64,000 bases of DNA, taken from positions 42,594,001 through 42,658,000 of the forward strand of contig NC_092351.1 of the NCBI RefSeq assembly GCF_963676685.1, read 5' to 3'. Positions 1 through 13,310 of the stretch are shown here, piece after piece. Below the pieces are notes generated by a model, which saw only the letters and a program-made list of their open reading frames with translations, was not told the DNA's origin and made no database searches. The position numbers were made by a program, and so were the translations under genes. Every line of letters begins with the position of its first letter. The stretch's first letter is position 1. This stretch comes from Mytilus edulis (taxonomy: Eukaryota).

Positions 1-39
1 TTAACATCAGCTAGGAAATACCACAAGGTTGATCAGTCA

Positions 40-350
40 CATAAATGTTTAACACCGTCAAATTCGTCATGTATCTGTTCAAAGTCATGAGCGTGTTGTT
101 AAGTAGTGGTCGCTGATGCACGTCCGTCAGATTTTCGTAAAAATAAATAAATTATTAGATTGTCAATTTCTTAGTTAAATTGTTAAAATGTTTCAGACAT
201 TTGATGTCGGGGCCTTTTGTGGCCGCCTTGAAGATGTAAGTTATTCTCATTGTTGAAGACCGTCCAATTGCGTAAAAAATACTTAGTTACTTCATTGGAC
301 CTTTGGTTGATAGTTGTTTCATTGACAATCATACCACATCTCCTTATTTT
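40..350 (-). repeat. Degenerate copy of dispersed repeat family A
   Basis: Ends in ...gttgtttcattgacaatcataccacatctcctt, the reverse complement of the family A head aagatgtggtatgattgccaatgagacaactctcc seen at 1355, 26574 and 32956. Confidence 0.75.
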
Positions 351-836
351 TCCTTAAAGCAAAAGAAGTTGATTTGATTATGCATGTTCTGATTTGAAAA
401 TCATTTATTGTGAAATTAAAAATTCAGAGATGTTCGATGATTGTTTATACAATTAAATTACCGAAAAAGCGTTTGTGAAACAAACAGCAATTGTTCGAGA
501 CGGCGGTCTAGTTCTCTGCCCGCTCATTGTGTACACAATAAAGGTGAAGTGGTCACGTACAGTGTTGGAATCTTGCATTTTGAACATACGTTCGGAAAAC
601 AAGAAATAAGCACATGTACCCCCAAAAAAAACGATAAACCAAAAATACAGGACTAAGTATTAAATCTAACTAGTCAATGCACAATTATTCATTTTGATCT
701 ATCTTACTTTTTTGCCAAATGTCTTAATTCCGTTTCATGGTTTGGCGTATGATATAATTAAAATTTGATCTGTATTGTGTGGTAAAAAGTATCGTATTAG
801 AGTTCATAACATTTGTTTGAGGCAAACTAAATTTAA

Positions 837-1227
837 GGATGTTTGCTCCTCCATTTTTTGATTTTTTGCCAGATTTTCGGAATCCTCTGGTTTTATCCAT
901 GTATTTTCATTAAAAAAAAAATTGCCCACTAACCCCTACTTTTCTTTTCATAATTTTATTTCATAAAGTTTAAAAAGCCATATTTCAAAATTTTATGAAA
1001 TTCTTGTTATTTTTTCATAGTTTTTGAAACAAAAAAGGTGCAATGTTAAATATATGAAAAATCTAGAGAGAATTATTTCCCGCCAAATTCTCAATGGCTT
1101 ATATCTCGAAAATGAGCACACGGACCCTCCATTTTTTTCTACTTTTTGAGTTTCTTTATTAATAGACTATCAATTCATTATAGTCTTTTAAAAAGCTTGT
1201 TATTTTTTAACAGAGTAGCGAACATCC
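837..1227. mobile_element. MITE with short TIRs and TTAA-like TSD (Kolobok-like non-autonomous element)
   Basis: Left end ggatgtttgctcctc and right end gagtagcgaacatcc are imperfect inverted repeats, flanked by TTAA (833-836) and CTAA (1228-1231). It interrupts a ggcaaactaa..ggaa.ggaaac motif that is uninterrupted at about 1740. GG...CC termini with TTAA are typical of Kolobok. Confidence 0.7.
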
Positions 1228-1351
1228 CTAAGGAATGGAAACGAAAAAAATCAGCATTTAAGGGATATAGTAACTCTACATTGTTTAAGTAACGCCACCA
1301 AAATTCAAACTCGACTTGTGTTTTGTGGTTATAAGCAGTGTGCATATAAAA

Positions 1352-1712
1352 AAGAAGATGTGGTATGATTGCCAAAGAAACAACTCTCCACAAGAGACCA
1401 AAATAACACAGAAATTAACAACTATAGATCATCGTACGGCCTTCAACAATGAGCAAAGTCCATACCGCATAGTCAGCAATAAAAGGCTCCGAAATGACAA
1501 TTTAAAACAATTCAAACGAGAAAACTTACGGCCTTATTTATATATGTGAAAAAAAGGAACGGAAAATAAATATGTAAGACATAAACAAACCACAACCACA
1601 GAATTACAGGCTCCCGACTTGGGACTGGCACATACATACATTATGTGGCGTGATCCCGTCCCTCCCCTAACCTGGTATAGTGGCATAAAAGTACAAGATA
1701 AGAACGAACTAT
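1352..1712 (+). repeat. Dispersed repeat family A
   Basis: aagatgtggtatgattgcc...ggccttcaacaatgagcaaag...ggctcccgacttgggactggc; homologous copies at 26570, 28678-29452 (minus) and 32952. Confidence 0.85.
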
Positions 1713-2859
1713 AATAATAGGTTTTATAATATTTGGTTGAGGCAAACTAAAGTAACGGAACGGAAACATACATTGGGATGTACAGACGGACAAGGGTAAA
1801 ATGTAATGCCCACCTTCGCTTGGACCGGAGGTATAGACATGTTAATTTATTGTAATTTCTGACAAACAATAAATTGATCTAAATGCTAATCATCTACATG
1901 TGAATTTACAAATGATTAAAGAGATTTGAAAGGTACTCTCAAATTCTCAAGTAGAAATAAACCAAAAACACCATAGCAAAACATGGAATGGAAATGCTCC
2001 CCATGTGCCACCCGTCGTATTGCTCAAAGTGGTAATTTTGATTAATTATGAAAAGAGGACGCGAATTTGGTTAAGAAAATTTAAATTTGAGATAACATGG
2101 TTACTAAAGCTTGAACACAGGAGTGAAAATTTGTTTGGGTCACTCTCAGGGATGGTTATCAACTTATATGCAATGAAATTCTATATGAAATTTTGTATGT
2201 AATACTAGACAGGATGAAACTCTTCTCACAACAAGTATCTTTTTAATTTGCAAAATTTTTGAAAATGCAGATAAAGGAAAACAATTGAAGTAGTATATCC
2301 CAAGGACATCATGATATAAAATGCAAGCTCTAGAAGTTTTGAGACGAAAACTATGCAAGAAAAAAAGGTTTGGTGCCATTGATTTCTTTGGAGCCATTGA
2401 TTTCTTTGGAGCCAAAATTCTATTGCATATACATTTTCCGTAACACTTAATATTTTGACATAGTTTTGACATCACAAATAACTAATCAAAATTGTATTTC
2501 AAATGAATATCTAAATGAACAAATAAATGAATGTTGTAAATTTTAAGAGTCTAATAACGATTACCGCGAAAAATAAATAAACCAATGTAGATTTTGTCTT
2601 GCTGATAATTATTGTCCATCTTTTATAGTTATAATTATAACAGAACAAAACCCCAAAAATTTTTAAAAAACCTCATCATTTAGGCCAATTATTCCATTGA
2701 GAAGTTGATTGAAGATTTTGGCAATGTTTTACTAATTTATAGATATTGTCTTGTTGATCATTTTGACTTCATAAAGTTTCGGTCTATCAAAGTTTTCAAA
2801 ATAATAAGCTAAACTTTGTAAATTGATTATGGTAAACATTGGTTCTTATTAGCAAAGAA

Positions 2860-2965
2860 GAGTCTCGCTACATTGAAGACCTGTTGGTGACCCTCTGCTG
2901 TTGTTTTTTATTTGGTCGGGTTGTTGTCTCTTTGACACATTCCCCATTTCCATTCTCAATTTTAT
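2860..2965 (+). repeat. Fragment of dispersed repeat family B
   Basis: cattgaagacctgttggtgacc...gtctctttgacacattccccatttcc; its reverse complement is present at 19943-20290. Confidence 0.8.
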
Positions 2966-3040
2966 TGAAGAGAAGAAACTTAAATATGTTAAGATTTACA
3001 TAATTGTAACTATTTTTGAAACTATATGTTTATCCTTTTT

Positions 3041-4681
3041 TAGCTCAACTGGCCCAAAGGGCCAAGTGAGCTTTTCTCATCACTTGGCGTCCGGCGTCCG
3101 TCGTCGTCGTCGTCCTGCGTCCGGCGTTAACTTTTACAAAAATCTTCTCCTCTGAAACTACTAGGCCAAATTTAACCAAACTTGGCCACAATCATCATTG
3201 GGGTATCTAGTTTAAAAATTGTGTCCGGTGACCCCGCCAACTAACCAAGATGGCCGCCATGGCTATAAATAGAACATAGGGGTAAAATGCAGTTTTTGGC
3301 TTATAACTCAAAAACCAAAGCATTTAGGGCAAATCTGACAGGGGTAATATTGTTAATCAGGTTAAGATCTATCTGCCCTGAAATTTTCAGATGAATCTGA
3401 CATTCCGTTGTTAGGTTGCTGCCCCTGAATTGGTAATTTTAAGGAAATTTTGTTGTTTTTGGTTATTATCTTGAATATTATTTCAGATAGAGATAAACTG
3501 TAAAAGCAATAATGTTCAGCAAAGTAAGATCTACAAATAAGTCAACATGACCAAAATGATCAGTTGACCACTTTAGGAGTTATTGCCCTTTATAGTCAAT
3601 TTTTAACCATTTTTCGTAAATCTTAGTAATCTTTTAGAAAAATCTTCTCCTCTGAAACTGCTGGGCCAAATTATTTGAAACTTGGCCACAATCATCATTG
3701 GGGTATCTAGTTTAAAAATTGTGTCCGGTGACCCCGCCAACTAACCAAGATGACCGCCATGGCTATAAATAGAACATAGGGGTAAAATGCAGTTTTTGGC
3801 TTATAACTCAAAAACCAAAGCATTTAGAGCAAATCTGACATTGGGTAAAATTGTTAATCAGGTGAAGATCTATCTGCCCTGAAATTTTCAGATGAATTGG
3901 ACAACCTGTTTTTGGGTTGCGGCCCCTGAATTGGTAATTTTAAGGAAATTTTGCTGTTTTTGGTTATTATATTGAATATTATTATAGATATATATAGGTA
4001 AACTGTAAACAGCAATAATGTTCAGCAAGGTCAGATTTACAAATAAGTCAACATGACCAAAATGGTCAGTTGACCTCTTTAGGAGTTATTGCCCTTAAAA
4101 GTCAATTTTTAACCATTTTTCGTAAATTTTATATATCTTTTACTAAAATCTTCTTCTCTGAAATGCTGTGCCAAATTGATCCAAACTTGGCCACAATCAT
4201 CTTTGGGGTTTCTTGTTTAAAAAATGTGTCCGGTGACCTGGCCATCAAACCAAGATGGCCGCCACGGCTAAAAATAGAACATAGGGGTAAAATGCAGTTT
4301 TTGGCTTATAACTCAAAAACCAAATAATTTAGAGAAAATCTGACATGAAGTAAAATTGTTAATCAGGTCAAGATCTATCTGCCCTGAAATTTTCAGATGA
4401 ATTGGACAACCTGTTTTTGGGTTGCGGCCCCTGAATTGGTAATTTTAAGGAAATTTTGCTGTTTTTGGTTATTATATTGAATATTATTATAGATATAGGT
4501 AAACTGTAAACAGCAATAATGTTCAGCAAAGTAAGATCTACAAATAAGTCAACATGAACGAAATGGTCAATTGACCCCTGTAGGAGTTATTGACCTTTGT
4601 AGTCAATTTTCAATCTGCTTCCTTTGTTTAATATTCACATAGACCAAGGTGAGCGACACAGGCTCTTTAGAGCCTCTAGTT
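3041..4681 (+). mobile_element. Helentron-associated non-autonomous element (HINE/pearl-like) carrying about 3 tandem ~500-bp repeats
   Basis: 5' subterminal inverted repeat agctca...tgagct, a (gtc)n microsatellite, tandem units starting at about 3141, 3641 and 4147 (aatcttctcctctgaaac), a 3' hairpin ggctctttagagcc, and T-rich flanks without a TSD. Confidence 0.85.
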
Positions 4682-4700
4682 ACTTATTTATACTTTTCAG

Positions 4701-6143
4701 GCAAATACTTGATGCAATTGCAGATAAAGAAACAAGACATGTTTCGACTACTCGCTCTTTTCATCAAACAAACAACACAACTAGACGGGATGCAGTCAAA
4801 TAATGTTGCCAGTTTCTTACACAATTCGCCTTCTTCTCGTGTATCATTTTTACCGTCACCAACTACAAACTTCAATATATCATTTCCGTTTATTCGTGTC
4901 ACCAACGCTCCCGTCCCAATGTCTAAGAGAACGTATGCTCCTAATGTTTGAAAACCATCAACGCTCATCATTAGAAGAACTGTTTCGCAGTAGAGGGAAG
5001 CAGGGAGATAGTACCGACAAATTATCAAGGGGAACCTGAGGGCATTGTCATCAAGACGGACATTGTCATTAGTCCGTTCAACCCCAGGAAGGCATGCCAT
5101 CGCCAATACTATCTTAAGCCAACCAGCGACAGAGGCAAGCGATGCCAGATCGACTACGACGAGGGATTTGACCTAGATTATCCCAAGTTGGTCCAGATAC
5201 CACCACACACATCGCCACTGGTGATGTCATCTCCAGAGGCAGTAACAACAGCAATGATGATCTTGGAACGGCCAGATACACCTTACCACACTCCTCGATG
5301 TAAAGTTAAAGCTAATCGGTCAACTGAAGCAGACTACACAATAGGTAGAAGTTAGTCCGCAATATCTAGACAGGATAGCCGGACTGACAAATCTTCATAT
5401 CACCTATCCCCATTAACTAACATTTTGATATGGCTTGTATTACACTCCTTTTCCCAGACTTTCCTGAGCAAATGTCTGTTTTATACAAAGACGCATCATT
5501 GTAAATAGATACAACAACAATTACTTTATGAACTGGTCAACAGAACAACTAGATCAGGCAAAGATATGTGCCATAACAAGACCTCTTAAGTCACTCACGG
5601 AATCTTCTTACAAAGAAAATATCAAGAAAAATGAAGTAACAAGGAACAAGAAATTGGCATTCTGTATGGCACATGATCCAGAACCATGGGCTACACAATT
5701 TGTAACAGATGTATCATCTGGTTCAATTAGAAGTACAACAAAAGCAAAATATGCTGCCACCATCCTATGGTGGCAGCACTCAAACTCCTACGACAGTAAG
5801 AGGCCCGTACAAGTACCATCCCAGGAAGCTAGACATGTTGTAAAGAGGAAGAGGAAGTCAACAGAGACTGAATAGAATATAGAGAAGGGTGTCAGAAATT
5901 CCATTCTCAGAAGAAATAGACGACACCAATGCTGATGAAACAGCAGCTATCACAGCAATGTCTATAAAAAATTCCCTTAAGTATACCATGAGTCTAGGAA
6001 AGAAAGAACTAAAAGAAAAGAAAGAAGAAAATAAAGACTTTGTAGAATTGCTTGGACAGTATGGTGGCATAAGGACAAAAACAACAGAAGACTTAATACT
6101 TTCCTTGATGACAATTGCAGTGTATCACCATTTAAACATGTGA
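4701..6143 (+). pseudogene. Decayed coding-like sequence of unknown family
   Basis: GC-richer island starting after an acceptor-like ttttcag. ORFs 4649-4951 and 5528-5875 share a frame with intervening stops, and 5889-6143 follows in another frame. No domain recognised. Confidence 0.35.
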
Positions 6144-6217
6144 ATTTTTATTTACAATTGTTATACATCATCCTTTCATTTTATTATTAGTGTTAGAGCA
6201 TTTTCATATATAATATA

Positions 6218-6378
6218 TAGTTATCCAAAGTACCAGGATTATAATTTTATACGCCAGACACGCGTTTCGTCTACATAAGACTCATCAGTGACGCTCAGAT
6301 CAAAAATATTAAAAAGCCAAATAAATACAAAGTTGAAGAGCATTGAGGATCAAAAATTCCTAAAAGTTGTGCCAAATA
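6218..6378 (-). repeat. Dispersed repeat family C (hammerhead-bearing; Penelope-like or retrozyme-derived)
   Basis: tagttatccaaagtaccaggattataat...gttgaagagcattgaggatc; other copies at 18870-18985 and 37763-37855, partial copies at 22768-22810 and 36765-36900. Confidence 0.85.
6251..6294 (-). ncRNA. Minimal type I hammerhead ribozyme
   Basis: Minus strand reads GCGUCA-CUGAUGA-GUCU(UAUGU)AGAC-GAAA-C(GCGU)G-UC-UGGCGU: intact core boxes, stem II, short stem III, GUC cleavage triplet and stem I. Confidence 0.85.
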
Positions 6379-7221
6379 TTTGATCAGCATTGATTATCAT
6401 CATGTTTATTATTAGTATTTAGTGCTTAACTACCTATATGTTTAATTACTCAAATACCTTATAATAGTCATATGTCATAATTAATTTCATTATGTGCAAC
6501 ATTAAATAAAAGAGTAATTACCTATATGTAATGTTTATTTAAAAATAAACCCACAATACTGGTACAATACTGGAACACAATATTTTAACTACAGGGGGTC
6601 CGTTGTTCCTAATAATTTTATTTGTTTTGGCAGTGGATTATTAATTTAAATTTTTGCTACGAAAATAAAAGACAGATTTTATAAGACTCAGCGGTTCAAG
6701 ATTGATAGTAAAAAAAAAGTCCGATAAAAAACGTTGAATGTAAATGATATGAACCTGCGGAGTCTTATATTACAGGACTAGTCCTTTGCCATTTCAATAT
6801 CACAATACAACTATAGATATCAAAGTGAAAAACATTCATTTTCTACTTCACATTCATTTTATATACTAGTTTCTTGTGCTGATAGTACACTTTTATTTCT
6901 CAAGTATAAATATAAAAAGTATTCCTTAAAAGTATTTCGGAAACTATTTCGGATGAGATTCAAGATTAAATTTCTACCTGTACTGTTAAATAGCAAACCA
7001 GTTTCAGGTTGTCAAACCAGTTTCAGGTTATCGTTACTTGTACAGGTATGATAAGGGTGGACTCGGTGTTATAAATTGATAAATACAATGCGGCATTGGT
7101 TGTGTTTACTGCTCATCTTAGCTATTTGTTTTACATTTTAATCTGACCATTCTCTCTGTGCAATTTTGTTTGCTTGCTGAGAAAAGATATTAGTTCTCTT
7201 TAAAAAAATTCTGCTTTACTA

Positions 7222-7385
7222 TTTCAAAGCAAACAGCCTAGGTGTGTTTTTTTTTTAACACTTTATTGGACGGTCTTGATTGATACAAGGCGGTGCTTAG
7301 GGTTGGTGCATCTCTTATGATGATACAAATGAGACACACCAACTTCCTCTGAAAGGTCATATTTCAAACTGTTCAACTTCTAAGT
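7222..7385 (-). pseudogene. His-Me finger (His-Cys box, I-PpoI-like) nuclease fragment
   Basis: Minus translation EEVGVSHLYHHKRCTNPKH; paralog of 43637-43975. Confidence 0.6.
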
Positions 7386-7789
7386 AAATTTTGAGTCCAA
7401 ACTAAATATACATGTAGCTAGGTATGTCCATCCTTATGACTTTAAAATCAATTTTTGAGTACTTCTGTTTGTTTCAGTTTAATTTATTTTACGTGTCGAT
7501 TTAACAAAATAATAATCTTCAATTTTTTTGTTTATTAATTAGGAAGTTGTATTATAATTCCTTGTATCTGGTCATTGTTTCTTGCTTGATTTTCCAATTC
7601 TTCATTAAGAATTTTATAGATGGAAAGGCGACACCTGTCTTTTAGATCTCGTTCCAATGTGTATCCGAACTTTATGGCTTCATAAAGATGATAGAACCCC
7701 GAGATTGATTGGAAAATAGAAGTATAATCACCGTTGGTCTTCCTGCAATCGGTAGTAAAATCCTCACTGAAGCGGGGCGTCCCTTTGCG

Positions 7790-8080
7790 CTACGGAATTT
7801 TAAAAGTTTGCCAAATATCTTCTTGCGTTTTATCATTTTTACCAGTGTTGATGCCAATAATTGTCATGTTATCTACAGAATCTATAATTATATTTCCTAT
7901 CTTTTCAAGCGCCTAGCCAAATACCTCTGGTTTTAGTTTTATTTAACTTGGAACCAGTACCCTTACCATATAAATCAATTACTAGTAAATACAAAAATGT
8001 ATTAATACTTTTATCAGTGGTTAAAATACCAGCGCTATCATCAGCAAAAACGAAATTTCACAATCGTCAGACGACCAGGT
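7790..8080 (-). mobile_element. L1/Tx1-type LINE reverse transcriptase fragment
   Basis: Minus translation FADDSAGILTTDKSINTFLYLLVIDLYGKGTGSKLNKTKTRGIWLGA*, with the FADD motif at 8037-8048. Confidence 0.8.
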
Positions 8081-9331
8081 AAACTTTTAGTTAACTTTCG
8101 CTCCAGACTTCTGACAGCATACTGACAATACAACGACACAGTAAATTCAATAAATGACAGGTATAAGAAACCTTAATTTAAATGAACAGTGATAACGATT
8201 GGACAAGCAATGTATTTGCTCATATTAAAAATGACAAAAATTCATAAAATAGTTTCATATTTAATAGACCAAGACAATGGTATTTCCATGTGAAAATATC
8301 AATTCAGAATTTCAATACATTTTTGAACTTCCCCTTTTTGGACAAACGATGAGGTGAAAAATACCCATTACAAGTTAACCAATTCAAAGAAGCGTTAGCC
8401 TAGTGCTATCATATTGAATAAATAATATGATACTAGAATTTTGAGGTGTCCGTTTACTTAAAATATTGAGAGCTGTACACTAGTCATCTCAAACTAAATT
8501 ATTATCCGATCAATTAAGTTGTAACGTCAACCTTCCGAGACAAAATAAATATACCCACTGGTTCCCACCGACTTTGTTAGACTAGATCATGAACCTCATT
8601 ATTCTATGACTAGGGAACAAAAATCGATTCAGTAAAAAAAACATCGCATTTATATATACTCGTTTAATTTTCAGTCCAACCAGAGCAATGTCTGAAAACG
8701 TTTTTCAATATCATTGACCAGTTCAACACCCAAAACCAAAACATGCGATAATTATACAAAATTCTATTTCAGAGTAAGGCACGAACAATTACGTAGATTG
8801 ACGACCGTTACTCCAAAATATCCCTCGGATTAACCATATGTCTAAATATCGCTATGAAAATGAACTCCATCTCTTTATAAACCCGAAATCATAAATTATC
8901 AAGCTAGTGTGCAATTCCCTCTATTTATTCTGGAACGGAAACGTAAATTAATATTTTAGAACTGTTTGACTGCAAGACCGAAAAGAAATATATCAAATGT
9001 GAAGAAATAAATATTTAAGTCTAACATCAAAATACAAAATAAAATGTAATTTGAAGTACAAGGTCTGGACATAGTTTCAAGCACGAGAAAAACGATCCCC
9101 GCGAAAAAGTAACCGGAAAACTAATATATATATTATCTAAAAATAGAAAAAAGGGAATTTACGATGACTCATAAACGTTACAATACCCCCTACCCCGAAA
9201 AACAAATCTTCCGCGATTTGAAAACGTAGTAAGACAATTTAAAGGACAAGACACGGTTGTCTTTAAACAATTGAAAATGTACATTGTATATAATTTAAAA
9301 TTTTAAAGTCTAAATGTTGATAAATGTCCAA

Positions 9332-9430
9332 GAAGGTCCAAACAGTGATGAAGGTCCAAATGGTGACGAAGGTCCAAATAGTGATGAAGGTCCAAATGGT
9401 GACGAAGGTCCAAATAGTGATGAAGGTCCA
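9332..9430. repeat. 18-bp minisatellite with 36-bp higher-order period
   Basis: gaaggtccaaa(c/t)agtgat alternates with gaaggtccaaatggtgac. There are six gaaggtcca cores here and four in the paralog at 52482-52544. Confidence 0.9.
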
Positions 9431-11589
9431 ACCATTTCCATTGATGAAGGCAATTTCTTCATAAACGTTCAACAGATATTTCCAAGCGAATTAAGAATTG
9501 GATCCATATATGTCTTTAATATTCTTTTACTCCAACAATGCACAAACACTGAATAATAATAACTGACAAAAAGTAGAATCAAATCAAATCAAAAAATCAA
9601 AAAAATCTTTATATTTTTGGAGACACCAACAACCACATGTATTAACATTTTACGTGCAAAGCACGGAGATTGGGGAAGGTAGACATTCCAAATTAAAGTA
9701 ATTTGATATACTAGTACATGTAATCTTAAATGAACTAAGGCCAAGCAATTGTATTCGAGAAGATCAGTAGCGATTACATGAGTGTGGTACAAGAACAAAA
9801 TAATTATGTAATTCAACATTATCTCCAATATTTACTATAAATCAATATATCAAATGCAATGAAGTTGAATAAGTGTGTATGATGTGTGTACTAAACACAA
9901 CTTCAGAAGTACAGTAAGCAAACTATTAAAGCATAAGAAAGATAACAATCACGTACAAATGCTATTCTTTTATTTCAGAGTGCACCCATTTGTCACCCAT
10001 GACTATATTTATATCTATATGTATACTGCCATACTGTGAGTCTCAGTTCACGTATCAGTATTATTCATAGTTCTACTATATCTAGCTTAAACTACTGTAC
10101 TACCAAAGCTTATGGTAGCGATGTATGGCCAGAGCATATCTAATACTTTCTATGTGTCTAATATATTCAGGTAGTTTCAACAGTATACTAGTGTTCAACT
10201 GGTCATATGCTTGGGTGAATCATAAAATCATGTATTTACTATATAATTTACATTAATAAGATTAAAAATAATGTATTCGTGGACTTATTTTGTGCACCCC
10301 TAAAATTGGGTTCATCACACTTTTTCTATATATCATCATCACATGCAATCTACACTGCATTAATTTTTTACCATATACAAATTAACACATTCCATCACAA
10401 GACACCGTAAATCTATTATGGAAGGCCAACTTTCATCACTAAACTCTCAATAATTTTTACATGAAAAAAACAAAATATATCCGGTTTCTACCTTTCCAAA
10501 TCACTTCAGTAAAGTTTAAATTCCTCCCAATAAATACATTTGACTAAGATTAAAGTACATGCGCAGGCAAACTTGACCATTTACGCAAGACGCAAATCTG
10601 CAGTCAATTCATAAAAAAATGAACAACTGAATTAATAGAATAACCCCGAAAAACGTATTCTAAACCCTTTAATAGTAAATAATATATACATGTAATAGAT
10701 ATATTCAAGTATGAAGGTACCGACTGTGTAGAAACAATCCCATATTCACAACAAGTCTATGCAAGGACTTGTAAAAAAAAAAGAATAACTCGTACGTAAA
10801 TTAACAACATAAAACAACCTATCAATGAATATGACTTTTTATAAAAACAATCCACTAATAATCAAATTTGCCAAATTACAAAAACAAAGTTTTCGTACCC
10901 CCTATCTTAACGCAGTATCAGTTCATGACACACAATGACTGTAAATAGTCCAAATTCCGTTATTCCGCACATATATAAAATAGTTCTTCAGCATAACGCA
11001 TCCTTGCTGCAGTCAAGAATATATTTCACATGAGTTGGTTCTGACCTTGGTCAGGTGTCAGAACCAACCTTTCAACATACAGATTGTCCATAGAAATAAA
11101 TCCATCAATATAAACGTTCGACTATAGTTATACTTCGCAGATAAGGAGGCACAACAAATACATACACTGTCGGCAAGGTAAAAAAAAACAACATGAAATA
11201 CACTTGTTTTTATTTTCTTTTAATGAAAATGAAATGAATGATAACAACATTAAGTTACACAGCCGGTAAAAAAATTGACAAGCTATACAATTTATATTAC
11301 AAGCTCAGCCCTCCACTGTTGCTACCGATTTTCTCGAGAGAAAAAAATCAAAGTAATGAGGTGCTGAAGTTCGAAAATTGTCTAAGTAAAAAGTTATACG
11401 AAAATCCGTTGAAATCCCATTAGTTCTAAAATAATTACATAATCTGCGAATATCACTGTGCCCCAAAGTAAGAACTGTACTTCATTTTCAGTCTTTCAAT
11501 TTATTTTCTTAATATAATTTTAATGAATATTTTCTTTGGGTTTCTGAAATTTAACCCTGAAAAATCTAACGGAGGGTCCACTCCCTGCC

Positions 11590-11780
11590 TCAGTATGGAC
11601 CACTCTCACCATCTCTGCATATATTCGTCGCCTTTCTTCAGTTTGAGGTGGTCTGATTATTATCAAACATGCTACATCTTAGGCATAGACTGTCTCTGCT
11701 GCTCCATTACAAGAACAACTCTACTAACACGTCTATGATACATATACTCTGAATCTGCGTTTAAGTGCATTTCATAGTCA
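11590..11780 (-). pseudogene. Decayed CCHC zinc-knuckle gag/ORF1 fragment (block A copy)
   Basis: Paralog of 44430-44625, which translates to MKCT..IQSNPYRGRVNRVVLATVQERQSICL/KCSKFGHIRIIC. Confidence 0.5.
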
Positions 11781-11926
11781 AAGTTAAAGTCCCTGTTTTC
11801 AGTTTCTTTTTTGTTTTATGACATTTTTATAATTTTTAATTTTTTGGGGAAATGAGTTTTTTGACAGATTTTATAAAATACTCTATTTCCATTCTCAAAT
11901 TTATCTATCTTTATCTTTATTCCTTT

Positions 11927-12218
11927 CCATCAAGGGCGACTTGAGAAACAACTATGGTCACTTGGTCTTCTCCCGACCGGCATTAAAACGCTTGCCGAAG
12001 TTGAGCAGTCACGTCCGGTCAGAATGGGGACGTTAAATCAGATGCCTCGTGTAAAGAGAGTGCCACACTCTTTCCACGTTAAGAACCCTCTTTGAGGGGT
12101 CCATAGGTGGCCTGTTGAAAGGCAAAATTTCTGTCCCTATATAATATAGCCTTATTTTTCTGTGGTAGTCCAGATTTCCTAGACCATCATCCAAAATGGC
12201 CTCTATTATGACAAGACT
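11927..12218 (+). mobile_element. Internally deleted copy of the Deu/Nin-type SINE
   Basis: Matches 16134-16560 (ggtcttctcccgacc, gggacgttaaatc.gatgcctcgtg). Shared with block C (55035-55325) and absent from block B. Confidence 0.85.
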
Positions 12219-12439
12219 AGTTCAAATCCATATCATCGATTTCTTTATTTACCAAATCTATCAATTCCCTTATCAATTAGAAAACAAAAATCGTAATATT
12301 CATCAAACTTTGTTCTTGGTTAACCAACAGTTTCTTTTAACAAAAAACTATATTTTAATAATGCAAGCAATATTGTAGGATATATTTCATTTTTTTCTCC
12401 CCAATAAATAGACAGAATATGCATAACTTGAGTGAAACT

Positions 12440-13310
12440 GCAACACTAAAAAACATGCTTATCGAACCAAGCTTTCCAAGTTAGCTTCTAAACATCCAAA
12501 GATGTTAGATAAATGTTCCACTTTACCTTACTTTCTCAAAATACCCGATTCTTTGGGCAGAGGTTCTAAACATATTGTTCCATATTTTTTCTGTCCAGAA
12601 CAGCCTCTGTTAAATAGTCTAGCGACTTGATTTGATAGTCCACATCACCTGAGGTGTACGATTTTGTTAAATATTCAGTAGAGAGAATATCATCTTCCAA
12701 ATATATTTCGAAATCTGTGTTTTTGTATTGTATAGAAAGTGCACTCACAGTTACCAAAACATATGAAGTGGTTACACCACGATAACAAAATCCTAGTGAA
12801 TATTTATTGCTAGTGATATTAAATTTGAGGGTATGTGCTTGATGATATTCTCCACCTATTTCACCGTTGAAAACTGCCTCATAACTTGTAAAGTATCCTC
12901 ATTTCCATACATAATTCATCATTTGTCCTTCAGTTACTGCAAGGGAATTAGTTCTGGACCCTAGAATGCCAAGACACACGTTTAGAGTCAGCAAGCCAAT
13001 ACCATAGTATGACATGTTTCTCACTACTGGGAACACCAATTACTACCAACTGGCTGTTTTAACTAAATTTATTTAAAAATATTTCAATGAAAGAATATTG
13101 AAGTTATGCAATTTAAAATTCTTCAGTATACAACCCCAACCAATTCCTACAAGAAGCCTAAAGTTACCTTACCATTTGTCAGCATTGAACATGCCAATGT
13201 CAATTTGACATGGTCATTTTCATTCCGAGATCAAACCCTAGATCCTTCCATGTTGAAATCCATTGGGCAATGCGTCTGACTTGAACAAGGATAAATAGTC
13301 GCCTATTTCA
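12440..13310 (-). pseudogene. Decayed coding sequence of unknown family (block A copy)
   Basis: Long minus frame MSYYGIGLL...YLTEAVLDRK with one stop; paralogs at 44870-45895 and 55620-56480. Confidence 0.4.

Noticed and set aside
2371-2413. APKKSM repeat ORF
   Set aside because: A small 18-bp tandem duplication in AT-rich DNA with no coding support.
4684-5106. 140-aa minus-strand ORF
   Set aside because: No recognisable motif; likely an antisense shadow of the plus-strand coding-like island.
9314-9556. EGPNSD/EGPNGD repeat protein ORF, or a CRISPR-like array
   Set aside because: It is a minisatellite of period 18 that is open in several frames on both strands. There are no unique spacers and no cas genes.
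12440-12575. RING-finger domain
   Set aside because: Only CLEPLP is visible; the other Cys/His ligands cannot be placed in any of the three copies.
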